Part shown: positions 37,042 to 49,600 of the stretch, piece by piece
Layout: each line of letters begins with the position of its first letter
How positions within the stretch are numbered: the stretch's first letter is position 1
NCBI RefSeq assembly: GCF_001949145.1
Contig: NW_019091361.1
Location: forward strand, 3,768,148-3,832,147
Direction: 5' to 3'
DNA from: Acanthaster planci
Taxonomy: Eukaryota
DNA length: 64,000 nucleotides
Notes under the pieces: generated by a model
Seen by the model: only the letters and a program-made list of their open reading frames with translations
Database searches by the model: none
Told to the model about the DNA's origin: nothing
Position numbers and translations under genes: made by a program

Positions 37042-37173
37042 CATGTGGGCTTCCAGAGCTACGGCTAGGTCTATTGTCTACAAGAGATTGTCTAGAGCTA
37101 GGTCTTCGCTCCATTGGAAATGCGTGGAGATGCGTAGACAATAGACCTAGCCGTAGCTCTGGAAGCCCACATG
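37042..37173. repeat. Perfect 40-bp inverted repeat with 52-nt spacer (hairpin/MITE-like)
   Basis: catgtgggcttccagagctacggctaggtctattgtctac (37042-37081) is the exact reverse complement of 37134-37173. Confidence 0.92.
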
Positions 37174-37649
37174 CGGCATTTTATCTTGTTCACAGAATCT
37201 AGAATCTGTAAGTAGTACTAGACTTTTTTCTATAGTGTTGCGAACCTCATTTGCAGTGTTGTATTTTAAAAGTGGCTCAAAATATTGTAATTTATCACAT
37301 AAATGTATTTTAAAATATTATTAACACAAACTAGCTTGAATGTGTTTTTTTTCGATGCTGTTATTTTTAGTCTCAGACTGAAAAAGTTTACCTCACTTTC
37401 AATTTAAGATGGCCAATACATTAATAAAGTTTACTGTCCATAATTAACTAATCAGTAAGAAAATGTGAACCAGTGCCAAATTTTTACACATTTGTAGACT
37501 TAACATGTGCGTGACTTTATGTTATGTAGCTGTTGATTTTGGATGATCCTGCTCCAACACTGATTGATCGATCGAGGCTGGCTAGCTTGTCGCATCTTGC
37601 CCATGTAACTTCCAACCTGCTGTAGATTTCTGCTAGACAGATTGCTAGC

Positions 37650-40600
37650 ATGCTGTATCGACGAATCACAGAGGCGTTCCTGAGGTCGCGTCAGCAGCTG
37701 GCCCGTGACTTGGGCCGGGAATGGCTGCCATCTTTAGCTTCGTTCTCCACTGGGAGCAACAGGCATAGTTTTAGGTAGAGTGAGTGGACGTTGATTGTTT
37801 CTTGAGATTAAGGGGGGGTGCTGGTTGAAAGGTCGCTACAGCTTTGCAGCTGTGGGGAAGGTGGGTTAACATATTAAAATAGTTGGTAGGGGAGGCAGAC
37901 ATGTTTCACCATGTTCCCCGTCTATTGATGTCATGGCTCCCGTGAGTGTTGCCTTTGTGTGGGAGTTCATCACAACTGAAGCCACATGTGCGTGAACTCG
38001 TTTTCAGAGCATATTTCTTTGCTCCCTTTTTGGACTACTGTTACACACGCATCCAGATGTGCAACTGACACTAAAGAGAGCTTTAAAAACCTGTTTTTGA
38101 CATGGTTAAAGTTTTTCACAACTTTTTTTTAATTGGAATGGATGAGGTAGAATCCAGTTACGTGTATATTTCATGCACAATTAGAGATGTAAATCATGCT
38201 GGATTTTTCTTCCATAGCAATGGGCAAGCAACGTCCGGAAAGCTCAGCAAAAGGCTGAAGGAGACAGCAGAGGTGGTGGTCATTGGGGGAGGATGTGTCG
38301 GGACCAGCATAGCCTACCACCTGGCCAAGGCCGGCATGAAAGACGTGGTACTCCTGGAGAAGTCTGAGCTGACAGCAGGATCCACGTGGCATGCGGTGAG
38401 TACATGTATTGACTCAATCACCTGAGTGCCTTAGGTTTGCTTGTGGTCCATAGTGATCAAGACCTTTATTGAGTCTGAAAAGTAGGAAGGGGGCGGCTCA
38501 GATTCAGCCTGTGGATATTTGCACTTAAAATACTCACTAAAATGTGCCTACCTTTGGAGTGTATGCTAGAATGAAACTAAACCATTCAAAATCCACAAGG
38601 AGGTTTTGAGGAGGTTGTTGTGTTAAAGAAAGTACGAAAGATCAGCCAGTGTTTATCTCAATAGGGCTTCATGCTACTCCGAAGGATAAACTGTCTCAGG
38701 ATTCAAAAGGCAGAATTTCTCTGTACCTCAAAAATACGCTTTGAAGCACAGTGTCTAGAACTGATTCAAAGTCAGGAAAAGTTTAAGACCTTTGTGAACT
38801 GTAACTATTTTCTTTGATCAGTTGCACTTTTCAGTGATGGACTAGCCTCAACCTACAGGGGTTAGCTCCATCACCAGCTGTGTGAGTGATCACACTAGTT
38901 ATCAATAGCCACATGACTTCGAGTTGAACAAAGGTCCACTATAGTTAGTGTAGGGATCTGGGAATTCCCCATCTAATTTAGCGTGGTTTCTTGTGTGACC
39001 TTTGAACCTTGTGCCCGTCTTCAAGACGTGTTTGGGCCCACGTGGGTGCACAGAATGGACATGTACAGCCCAAGTGCTTTCTGTAAGTCTTACCTGTCGG
39101 CCGGAAGTGGCCTACAATGTGATACTTTTTGGTGGCACTAAAGTCAGGCGGGTTTCCAAGGTTTTGGGGGGAAAGCGGGGAGTGCTGTGTGAGACGACTG
39201 GGTGGATGGACGTTGTGATGGCTCGGCCGGGGATCACGTAGATTAGCACCGGTTTAATTGTCCAAGCAGTTGTGATTATAAAAGAAATCCACTGAGTCCG
39301 CTTGAACACCCAAGTCTTTCGGTGCCTGCTGAACTTTCTTTTTGCCTGCCTGGCCTCCAATTCCCCCTTCAGTGGCGGACGGACCGCCGCCCCCCGAGCG
39401 ATCGGCCAGGGGCCGAACCGCTACAAAAATGGCGTCGTCGGGTGGAGGCTACTGTTTTGGCAGGCATGTGTGTTTCATTTTCAGCCCCTGCTTTGCCTGA
39501 TGCCATGGACAGTTATGGTGGCTTCGTAATGAGGCTACACGATTTTGACCATGGAGGTTCTTCCGCATCATCAGTCCGGACAGTCCCTGATGTCCATGTT
39601 ACGGTTACTTTGGTGATGCATCGGACGGGAAGGAGACACGAGGCTGTAGTTTTTCCGGTCTTTGCCGTTTCCAGTTGGCGGTGATCAAGCCAAGCCAAGT
39701 TCAGGCTGAATATTGGACTGGAACACCCCGGGAAGCCGGAGAGTGCCGCGATGGTCGAGGAACAAGGATTTCCCTTTTGACGGAGGTGTCGTCTACCACT
39801 CACTCAATTTAATTCGAACTACATTTATAAGTATTATGTAGTTATTGTTTAAGCTGTGCACGAGTACTGATTTAGCCTACAACTTTTAAGGAAAACATTC
39901 CGTCTTACTTTTGATTTGTAAGTTTCAAGATAAACTTTGTGACAATGTCATGATTTATTCCTTGTATTTTGGGGAAGATTTGTGAAGTTTTTCAATGTGC
40001 TATCCATGTAGGTGTAAGGCTTTGTTTTAAGCTGTTTGTTGTATTTGCCACATGTTTAATGGCATATGTTGAGCACATTTTTTAGAAGTGCCTGAATGTT
40101 AGAGTTGCACTTAATTTCCCCATTTCTTGTCATGGCGGTTAGCATTTTACACTCCAGTACTGTGCTTGCCTTATCAGCTTATATTTATAGAATAAGGTCC
40201 TTGTGTGAGTAGCCTATGTACATCATGTATTACCAGTGTGTACAGTACATGTATGTTATCATGTATCCCTTATTGACGGCCTTGTTTATTGGGTCATTGT
40301 ACCCTGCATGTGAAGTTTGACTTAACCTTTGTAATCATGGCTGCACTTACAGTGCTTAAAGATGCACTTGCCGTTCGTAATGAAAGGCTTGTGGAAACAT
40401 TGGTCCATGCAGTCAAAGATTTTGCCGTAGAAGCCACAATTTGGAATTTGTCAACTCATTCTGATGTTGATTTTGATAAGGTCATGGCGGACATTTTAGG
40501 CATATTTGCTGATACAAATAATATAATTATTGAGAACATGTGCTCTCTATTTGAGCAAGAAGTTGCACCTACTCTAGCTTTCAGTGAGCCGTGTGATAAT

Positions 40601-43600
40601 CATGAGGTTTTGGAGTGTAACGTTGATCTGTCCAGTAACTCTGTAGAGTTTTTTTTAGAGATGATGATTTTGAGAATGTGTCTTTTGAGGGAGATTGTTC
40701 TGAGGAAGAATTTGAAGATTCTCCTGTGTCTCGTGATATTTCAGAGGAGGGATGTAGTGTTGTATCTCCCTGTCCTCGTTCTGTTGTTGAAGAGGGAAAC
40801 AGTAGTACTGAAGACCCTCATTGTTTCGAGAAAGAGAGTACAGTTATTAAAAATCCTCAGATTGTTGGTACTCTCAATGTGTCTGAATTTGATGGTGTCC
40901 TTTTTCAGAGTGCATCCTGTGAGTTGCAAAATAGTACACCTTCTTGTGAAGACACAAAATGTTTCGCATCTCTAGAGCTTACTGCANNNNNNNNNNNNNN
41001 NNNNNNNNNNNNNNNNNNNNNNNNNNNNNNNNNNNNNNNNNNNNNNNNNNNNNNNNNNNNNNNNNNNNNNNNNNNNNNNNNNNNNNNNNNNNNNNNNNNN
41101 NNNNNNNNNNNNNNNNNNNNNNNNNNNNNNNNNNNNNNNNNNNNNNNNNNNNNNNNNNNNNNNNNNNNNNNNNNNNNNNNNNNNNNNNNNNNNNNNNNNN
41201 NNNNNNNNNNNNNNNNNNNNNNNNNNNNNNNNNNNNNNNNNNNNNNNNNNNNNNNNNNNNNNNNNNNNNNNNNNNNNNNNNNNNNNNNNNNNNNNNNNNN
41301 NNNNNNNGGTGATGACCTCCCTTTGTCAGTGCTGTATAGAGTTGTGATTGAAAACCGAGTTGTGTTGTACTATCACTTTACTTGTTTGAACTTTAACATG
41401 TGTAGCAAATATCCATCTGTTTGAAAATTGTGTGGGTTTGAAGTATTTATCTCCCACAAGTCAATTTTGAACAACTTTTGTTGTTACCACTCGTAATATA
41501 CAGTGTGATGGAGAAATGTTCGCTAGATACTTGCAAGTCCTTGCTGTCACTGTTATTAGGAATGGAAATCACTTGACATTTTCCTCTTTTGACCCTATGT
41601 ATTGTAAGTGACGGGTTTTGGTTTTTGCTGTTGCAGCATTGAGGTGAATTGTATGCCATTGTTTGTGCAGTTGGTAAATTCCAGCTCACTTTCCTCACTT
41701 TTAAATAAGGGGTTGTTTACATTCCCTAGTCTGATGTGAGACTTTGTTTGGCTTGTCACCATCTTTTTATAATGCCAGTTAAGGAAATATCTTATTTCCC
41801 TATTCCATATGTCCATTATTTAACCGTATGTACTATTAATGACAGACGGTTCCTGGAGTGCTTCAGTGCAAAATTATGTTTTATCTGAACAGTTGATGAG
41901 TTCAGCTTGCTTGTTTTTATTGAGCGAGATTTGCAATGTTCTCCTTGTATGAGAGACTGCCATACAGTACCGTTGGTTGCACTTTTTTTGTTGTTAACGG
42001 GATTGTTTGCTAGTTTCTCCATCTCATTGTTTGTCATGTGTATTAAAGCACTTTTCATAACCCTGTATTTACTAGGATTATGGTGTCTTGGTTCAAGAGA
42101 CTGTTAACATATTTACTTTAACTATTATCATTTGTGCAGGAATGTTTGTAATTTGTAATGTCTGGCTCTTCATTCTAACTANNNNNNNNNNNNNNNNNNN
42201 NNNNNNNNNNNNNNNNNNNNNNNNNNNNNNNNNNNNNNNNNNNNNNNNNNNNNNNNNNNNNNNNNNNNNNNNNNNNNNNNNNNNNNNNNNNNNNNNNNNN
42301 NNNNNNNNNNNNNNNNNNNNNNNNNNNNNNNNNNCCCACGCGGGTGCACAGAATGTACATGTACAGTACAGGAATTTTCTGTAAGTCTTGCCTATCGGCC
42401 GGAAGTGGCCTACAATGTGATACTTTTTGGCAGCACTAAAGTCGGGCGGGTTTCCAAGGTTTTTTCGGGAGAGCGGGGTGTGCTGTGCGACACGACTGAG
42501 TGGATGGACGTCGTGATGGCCCGGCCGGGAATTACATAGATTAGCACCGATTTGATTGTCTAGGCAGTTGTGATTATAATGATGGCAAAATAAAAGAAAT
42601 CCAGTCTGCTCCAATTCCCCCTTCAGTGATGGACAGACAGCCGCCCTCCAGCGATCGGCCGGGGGCCGGACCGCTACATTAGTGTTTGGTTTCCATTATT
42701 ACTACATAGTCTCATGGTGCAAGTACATGCGCTCTTTTTTGTTTTAAATCAAATTTGCTTGAAGATTGTGCCTTTGTTTTTCCAATTTGTTTGGACTCTA
42801 CTTGCAGGCTGGATTGACAACTTTCTATCATCCCGTCATCAACATTAAAAAACTTCACTATTACAGCATCAAGTTGTTTGAGCAGCTGGAGGCTGAAACT
42901 GGACAGGTAAAGTGGATTTCTTGAGCCAAGTATTACCCTTAGCCACTGAGCTGTTCTTGAAGCAAATTCAGCAATAAAATGTTTGAGACCCACTGGATCC
43001 AATAAAATGTAGCAAACAGAAATCCCCGTTTTCTGTTCTTAGCTCAGTTTAACAATTCAAAGAAACAAAGAAGCACATTGTCCACAGTTGGATATTGGAT
43101 TGGTTTCGATTGGATTGGGTACTGAAGGCAACCTTTTCTGTGCTAGTAACATGCACTGCGTGCAGTTTTATCGTTACGCTAAACTGGTTGAATTACATGT
43201 ATGCTGACATTTGACAATACTCAGCTATTATACTCAAAACTCAAAAAGAAAGCAGGCAAACCATTTAGTGTGGTTGTGTATGCCACAGCTTCGATGTGGA
43301 TCCACCGGAATACCATCATACGTATATTGGCCAAACCGGTACACGAGGCAGCACCTGCNNNNNNNNNNNNNNNNNNNNNNNNNNNNNNNNNNNNNNNNNN
43401 NNNNNNNNNNNNNNNNNNNNNNNNNNNNNNNNNNNNNNNNNNNNNNNNNNNNNNNNNNNNNNNNNNNNNNNNNNNNNNNNNNNNNNNNNNNNNNNNNNNN
43501 NNNNNNNNNNNNNNNNNNNNNNNNNNNNNNNNNNNNNNNNNNNNNNNNNNNNNNNNNNNNNNNNNNNNNNNNNNNNNNNNNNNNNNNNNNNNNNNNNNNN

Positions 43601-46600
43601 NNNNNNNNNNNNNNNNNNNNNNNNNNNNNNNNNNNNNNNNNNNNNNNNNNNNNNNNNNNNNNNNNNNNNNNNNNNNNNNNNNNNNNNNNNNNNNNNNNNN
43701 NNNNNNNNNNNNNNNNNNNNNNNNNNNNNNNNNNNNNNNNNNNNNNNNNNNNNNNNNNNNNNNNNNNNNNNNNNNNNNNNNNNNNNNNNNNNNNNNNNNN
43801 NNNNNNNNNNNNNNNNNNNNNNNNNNNNNNNNNNNNNNNNNNNNNNNNNNNNNNNNNNNNNNNNNNNNNNNNNNNNNNNNNNNNNNNNNNNNNNNNNNNN
43901 NNNNNNNNNNNNNNNNNNNNNNNNNNNNNNNNNNNNNNNNNNNNNNNNNNNNNNNNNNNNNNNNNNNNNNNNNNNNNNNNNNNNNNNNNNNNNNNNNNNN
44001 NNNNNNNNNNNNNNNNNNNNNNNNNNNNNNNNNNNNNNNNNNNNAGCAGGCGTCGCTGATTGAGAATACGGACCTGCTGTGGGGGGTCCATGCTGATTCG
44101 TTTTGGTATGGCGCATATTGAGGAGTACTGACTGACCGGAAGTTATATTACCATCCCTCAATGTAACATCCGATACCAGCAAAACGGACTGCTGCACCTT
44201 ATCCCGCGAATTGGCCGCGAACGTGGGACTCGAATTTGTTTATCAACTGTATCAATTTCGAGCCCAAGGTATGTAATGACCTGCGTTGGGCCTGCTGTTT
44301 TCTCTTGAGCGATAGGGACCCCCAGTGCATTGCACACGGTTAGAAAATTGTTCAAGCAACCCTGGCATCCGTCTTTTGTGGCAGCCACAAAGAGAAAGTC
44401 GTCCAAATAATGCGTAGCACCGCCTCCCTGTGTCATGAGACGCACACGGGATTCGAGGAACGTGCTGAACTTTTCAAAGAGCGCACATGAAATGGAGCAC
44501 CCCATCGGCAAGCATTTGTCATAATAAAAGTGGTCCTCGAACTGAAAGCCTAATAACTCGTGATCCCTCGGGGAAGCTGGTAAAAGCCGAAATTCGAAAA
44601 GTAGACTTGATATCAGATTTGGCCAAATATGCACCATTCCCCGCCTTCAAGACCACATGTACTGCCACGTCAAAAGATGCGTAATTCACCCTGCACTGCT
44701 CAGGACTGATAAAGTCATTGATAGGGGTGCCATACGGAAATGATAAATGGTGACTTAAGCAATACGAGCCTGGCTCTTTCTTATATTAGGTACGAGGCCG
44801 ATCGGAGAGCATTGTAGATTCTTAAGTGGGCGCGTTGGGAAGGGGCCAGCAATGCGGTCGGCATGAATTTCTTTAGCAAGTTTTTCTCTAACAATCAGGG
44901 GGTTTGATGTTACAGAGCGAAGGGGCTCGGAATCCCTGCTCACCCGAAGCCAACTGAAACCCAAGAAAAGTCCCACTGAAAAACCCTCACTCAGTATCTG
45001 TCCATGTGCAGTGTTATCGAACGACTCTAACCAGTTCAGAAACAAGGGTACATTAATCGGAGTTGGGAGTACGAAAATAGGGATTACTGGCAGCAGCCGG
45101 TCACGCATTCTTTGGGATACTCACGTCTGCGCTTTGTGCAACCCCTGTCACGCCCGCGAGGTTCACATCGCGCTCGTGATGGGGGAATCCCCGTTTCTTC
45201 GGCCCTTTATGACCCCATTACTGGTTACGTGTTTCAATGGCTGCCATCGAATCGGCACACGTGCGAACCGTGGCCCGACCATGTACACTTGGCACAATGA
45301 TGCTGGTACAGCCTAAGTATTTACAACCGCCCGGGCTATTAAAAGCAAAACACACCCGACTACTTCCGCGCGGAATGACAGTTATCTGAGCGGTGTTGCT
45401 GGCTGAGCCAACGGCAGACGCCCCCACCGTTAACCACAACTCCACATCCAACTCAGCCCATGATCGATCGGGTTGCGTGGCCTTCCGAAGACGAAACTGT
45501 TCGTCATACGATCGCCACCCATAGCCCGGAAATTGTACTGCGGCTGTGCGCACGATCTCGGTGTACTTAAGCAGTTCCATGGCCCTATTGGGAAACTTCA
45601 TGAGGTATATAGCCATAAAAGAGTGGAATGCAGAGACCCACTTGTCCCACGAATCTAGCTTGTCCTGGCGGCCGGTGGGGGACAAGCTAGGCCTCAGAAA
45701 CATCCTATCACCCTCAACGACAAGTGCAACCTCGGGGTCTTTATGAGCCTTTGCGATAAGTGACGCTGCGCTATCTGCAAATAGCAGAGACATATCAACG
45801 TACTCGTTTTTCCATATTTGTTGCGTTCCCTAAATGTCAAGTCGATGGTAGCATGGACTTTATTAGTGTCTACGGGATGTGATATTTGGGGTGAACAATT
45901 TATCAAAAGGTGGACGTGAAACAAGGGGTTTGGGCGACAGTCAAACTGTATGGTTGGTTTATTGCTCTCACTTCTCTTCATCAAAGTTCAATGTGGGTTT
46001 GAAGAAGGTGTAACTTAACATAATACAACACACAAAAGGCAAACTTTTAGAGAGGCGAAGTTGTATACGAGTGTAACTGAACTACGGTTTGGCAGGACCA
46101 TTGGAAATGAAGGTCAGACGGAGTGGGTACGGTACGTGAGTGTAGCCTCGATGCTACACTCATCGGGCCGGGCCGTGGTGGGAGCTGTCCCGGACCACCA
46201 CGGTGACCAGCAAGGGCTGGACGGAGCCAGCGCCGGTATGTACCGACTGCACTGCCGCTCAGACCGCAATGTGATGAGCGCAATGATAAAGTCGCCGCAC
46301 TATGCACCATTGGCTCAGCGTAGAGACGGGGAGGACAGGGGCTAGTTAGCAAGACAAGGGTGGCGAGGGATACGGGGGTGTATCGCCCGGCAATCGGTTC
46401 GGACGTAGCGGTGACGGGCCGCTACGACTCTCACTAGCACCCTGGGCTAATTCGTACCACTCTCACATCGGTCCAAGCTAAGCTCGCTGGCCATTCATAT
46501 GGTTACATTTCTTCGCCATAAGAATGGTTACTATCGCACTTCTCTCGGAAAGGGTCCAACCGCCGCACTACGTTAGGTACCACTCTCGCAACTAGGGTTT

Positions 46601-49600
46601 GGTCCGCCGCACCTGACCGACGAACTAGGGAAAATCTGCTATACTTATAGGATTCTCGAGGCTTTAGGAATTAACAAAATATGAGCGTCGCTGAACAGCT
46701 GAACCAATGAAAGTCTTCCATCTCAAAGGGTCACATGACTTCCTGCTAGAGTCGTGTGCAAGAATCCAAGTGTCGTGTGTAAAAAGGTAAAATACAGAAT
46801 AAGAAGTCACGTGTACAAAGTGTAGAGCCGGGTGTGTGAAAGTGCTTACCCGGTCATCTGTGGCGAATGATTGACAGTTACAAAGTCTGAGGTTTCTGGA
46901 CATTAGCATTTCAGGGAACCTTAACCACGCCCAACCACGCAGCCACGTGGAGGGGAATTTCGACATGCCAAAACTGAGCAGAAAAAAACACAAGAAGTGA
47001 AGGAACACGCAATCACGCCAGAGTACAGCATGAATAACTTAATACAAAATTAGCGTCTCTGCTACATGTCCATAATGCATAGCTGAGCTAAATAAGAGAC
47101 CCTGAGAAATGTAAGGACCGAGAACGAGTAAAACTAGGGGGCGCTAGAATTCCAAGATTTTGCGGGTGCGCAACAATATCTTCTCTTTCACTGATTGCGA
47201 AATTAGCCCCCCCCCCAAAAGGATGCAGATTTAAGCGGGGAATAGGAGTAGGGGCAGCCAAAACGCCTTGGAGACACCCCATTGCAACATTTGTAAACCT
47301 TATACCGTTACTGAAACCACCGATGGCACCGGCCAGATTCAATTCCGGGGCCCCGGTCAAATTAGGCGTATGTCCCTCATCTACGGCGCGCGGCATGCAT
47401 GAAACTTGCGTCGGAAAACTCACTCAACCCTTGTGAAGCCTGGCTAGATGTTCGAGGAAGGCCGCCATCCTGCAGTTCCGGTTTTGGCGGCATCGGGCGA
47501 ACGGGCTGGTGACCCATGGGCAGGGTGGTAGCATCCCCTGGCTGACAGACTACTGGCTGTGCCGCCACGCCCAGTGAAGGTGCTGCAGGTACCTCCGCTG
47601 GCGCCGCTGTAGGTACTGATGGTGGCGAGCGACTGGAGTCGTTGACATCTCCCTGTCCACGTTGAGTAACCGTTGCGGCTGTGTGCCGGCGCACAGCTCC
47701 CTGTACAACTGCGGGAGCCCGGGATCCCCGCCGAGCTTTCTTACTGGGCCGAGCGCCGTCCTGTAGACGAGCAGGGGCGGATGTCCGTCGCCGTAGTCGT
47801 GGCATTCTGCGGGCTGCCCCCTGGTAGCGGTCACCTGTCGTGTGGAATCCCAACGCTGTCGTCCGCGTGGGCCTGACAGAGCCGTTCGAGGTTGCAAAAT
47901 TCTGCGATGAGTTACGTTCTCTTTAAGTCCTCCACAGTTGATGGACAATACAAGGCCTCGCTCGGCGTAGAAACTTCACTACGACCGATTTATAATGGTA
48001 AGGTAAAATCCACGTGGTTTGATCGCTCGAATCTGCGACGAAAGTGGCTGGCGAAGCACGAGCGATGCATGCTGCTGATCAGCTCACTCGCGTTGACCTA
48101 ATAAACGCGTGGAGCTGAATGGCCAANCTACGCCCAACCACGCAGCCACGTGGAGGGGAATTTCGACATGCCAAAACTGAGCGTCTCTGCTACATGTCCA
48201 TAATGCATAGCTGAGCTAAATAAGAGACCCTGAGAAATGCAAGGACCGAGAACGAGTAAAACTAGGGGGCGCTAGAATTCCAAGATTTTGCGGGTGCGCA
48301 ACAATATCTTCTCTTTAATTGATTGCGAGATTAGCCCCCCTCCCCCAACAAGGATGCAGATCCCAAGCGGGGAATAGGAGTAGGGGCAGCCAAAACGCCT
48401 TGGAGACACCCCATTGTAACATTTGTTAACCTTATACCGTCACTGAAACCACCGATGGCACCGGCCAGATTCAATACCGGGGCCCCTGTCAAACAGTTGA
48501 TGGACAATACAAAGCCTCGCTCGTAGAAACTTCACTACGACCGATTTATAATGGTAAGGTACAATCCACGTGGTTTGATCGCTCGAAGCTGCGACCAAAG
48601 TGGCTGGCGAAGCATGAGCGACGCCTGCTGCTGATCAGCTCACTCGCATTGACCTAATAAACGCGTGGAGCTGAATGGCCCATGAATTTGGCGGGCTGCT
48701 CATAAGATCATGCTCAATCTCTTGGTTGTAACTTACACTCATTTTTTGAGGAGGAGTCAGGAGCAGGCTGTGAGGTTTGATATAAGTATAAAAGGTCGCA
48801 AGCTTCCACCTTTAAAGAAACGCCATTGCTCCACTGGTACAGACTTTTACAAAACGCCTGTTTAAGATCCAAATAATTGCATTTAAAAAAATTTACTTGT
48901 CAGTTTTTTCAAATTAAAAGCTAAAAACTTGTCAAGACAACAATGGGTTAGTTGGCTACCAGTAAGAACTCTCAACCAGACTTTCTTGGGCAGATTCTCC
49001 ACACATGGACATCAGATTAACATTTCTTTTTACTTTTACCATGAACACGTAGCAAGTGGGCTTCCACAAGCCAGGTACCATACGTCTTATCACTACGTCA
49101 GATCGCATGGATGAAGCCAAGTACCAGATGTCAAGAGCCGGCTGGCACAAAGCGACGCAAGAGCTGATAGGGCCGGAGAGAGTGGCCGAACTCCACCCTC
49201 TACTGAACATGGATGGGGTACGGGTACCTCTTATCTGTCAGACTTTTGTCTGTAAAACTTTAAGCCAAACAAAGGACTTTGTGGACCGAGACCTGGCGTT
49301 GAGAAAGAAAACAATTTTCCAGAGTTTCCTGTGGGAAAGATCACAACAGACTATATCACAAGCAAATTTTAATGTTTCAATTAAAATTGTAAAGGATGCT
49401 TTTCTTCAAGATTTTGCAATAAAGTGTGGAAAAAGTGATTTCAATTCACAGCCCTCAGACTAGCCTGTCAAAAACTTGAACGGAGCATGAAGGAATCTGG
49501 TGGCATTACTACGGGCGAACTATACAAAACTAGGCCCTCAAATTTTGATGTTGCTTGGTACACAAGTATAAACTGGTACTACAACTTACAAAGTGATTTT

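Noticed and set aside
40678..44197. Long ORFs of up to about 300 aa containing X runs
   Set aside because: Artefacts of translating N gaps
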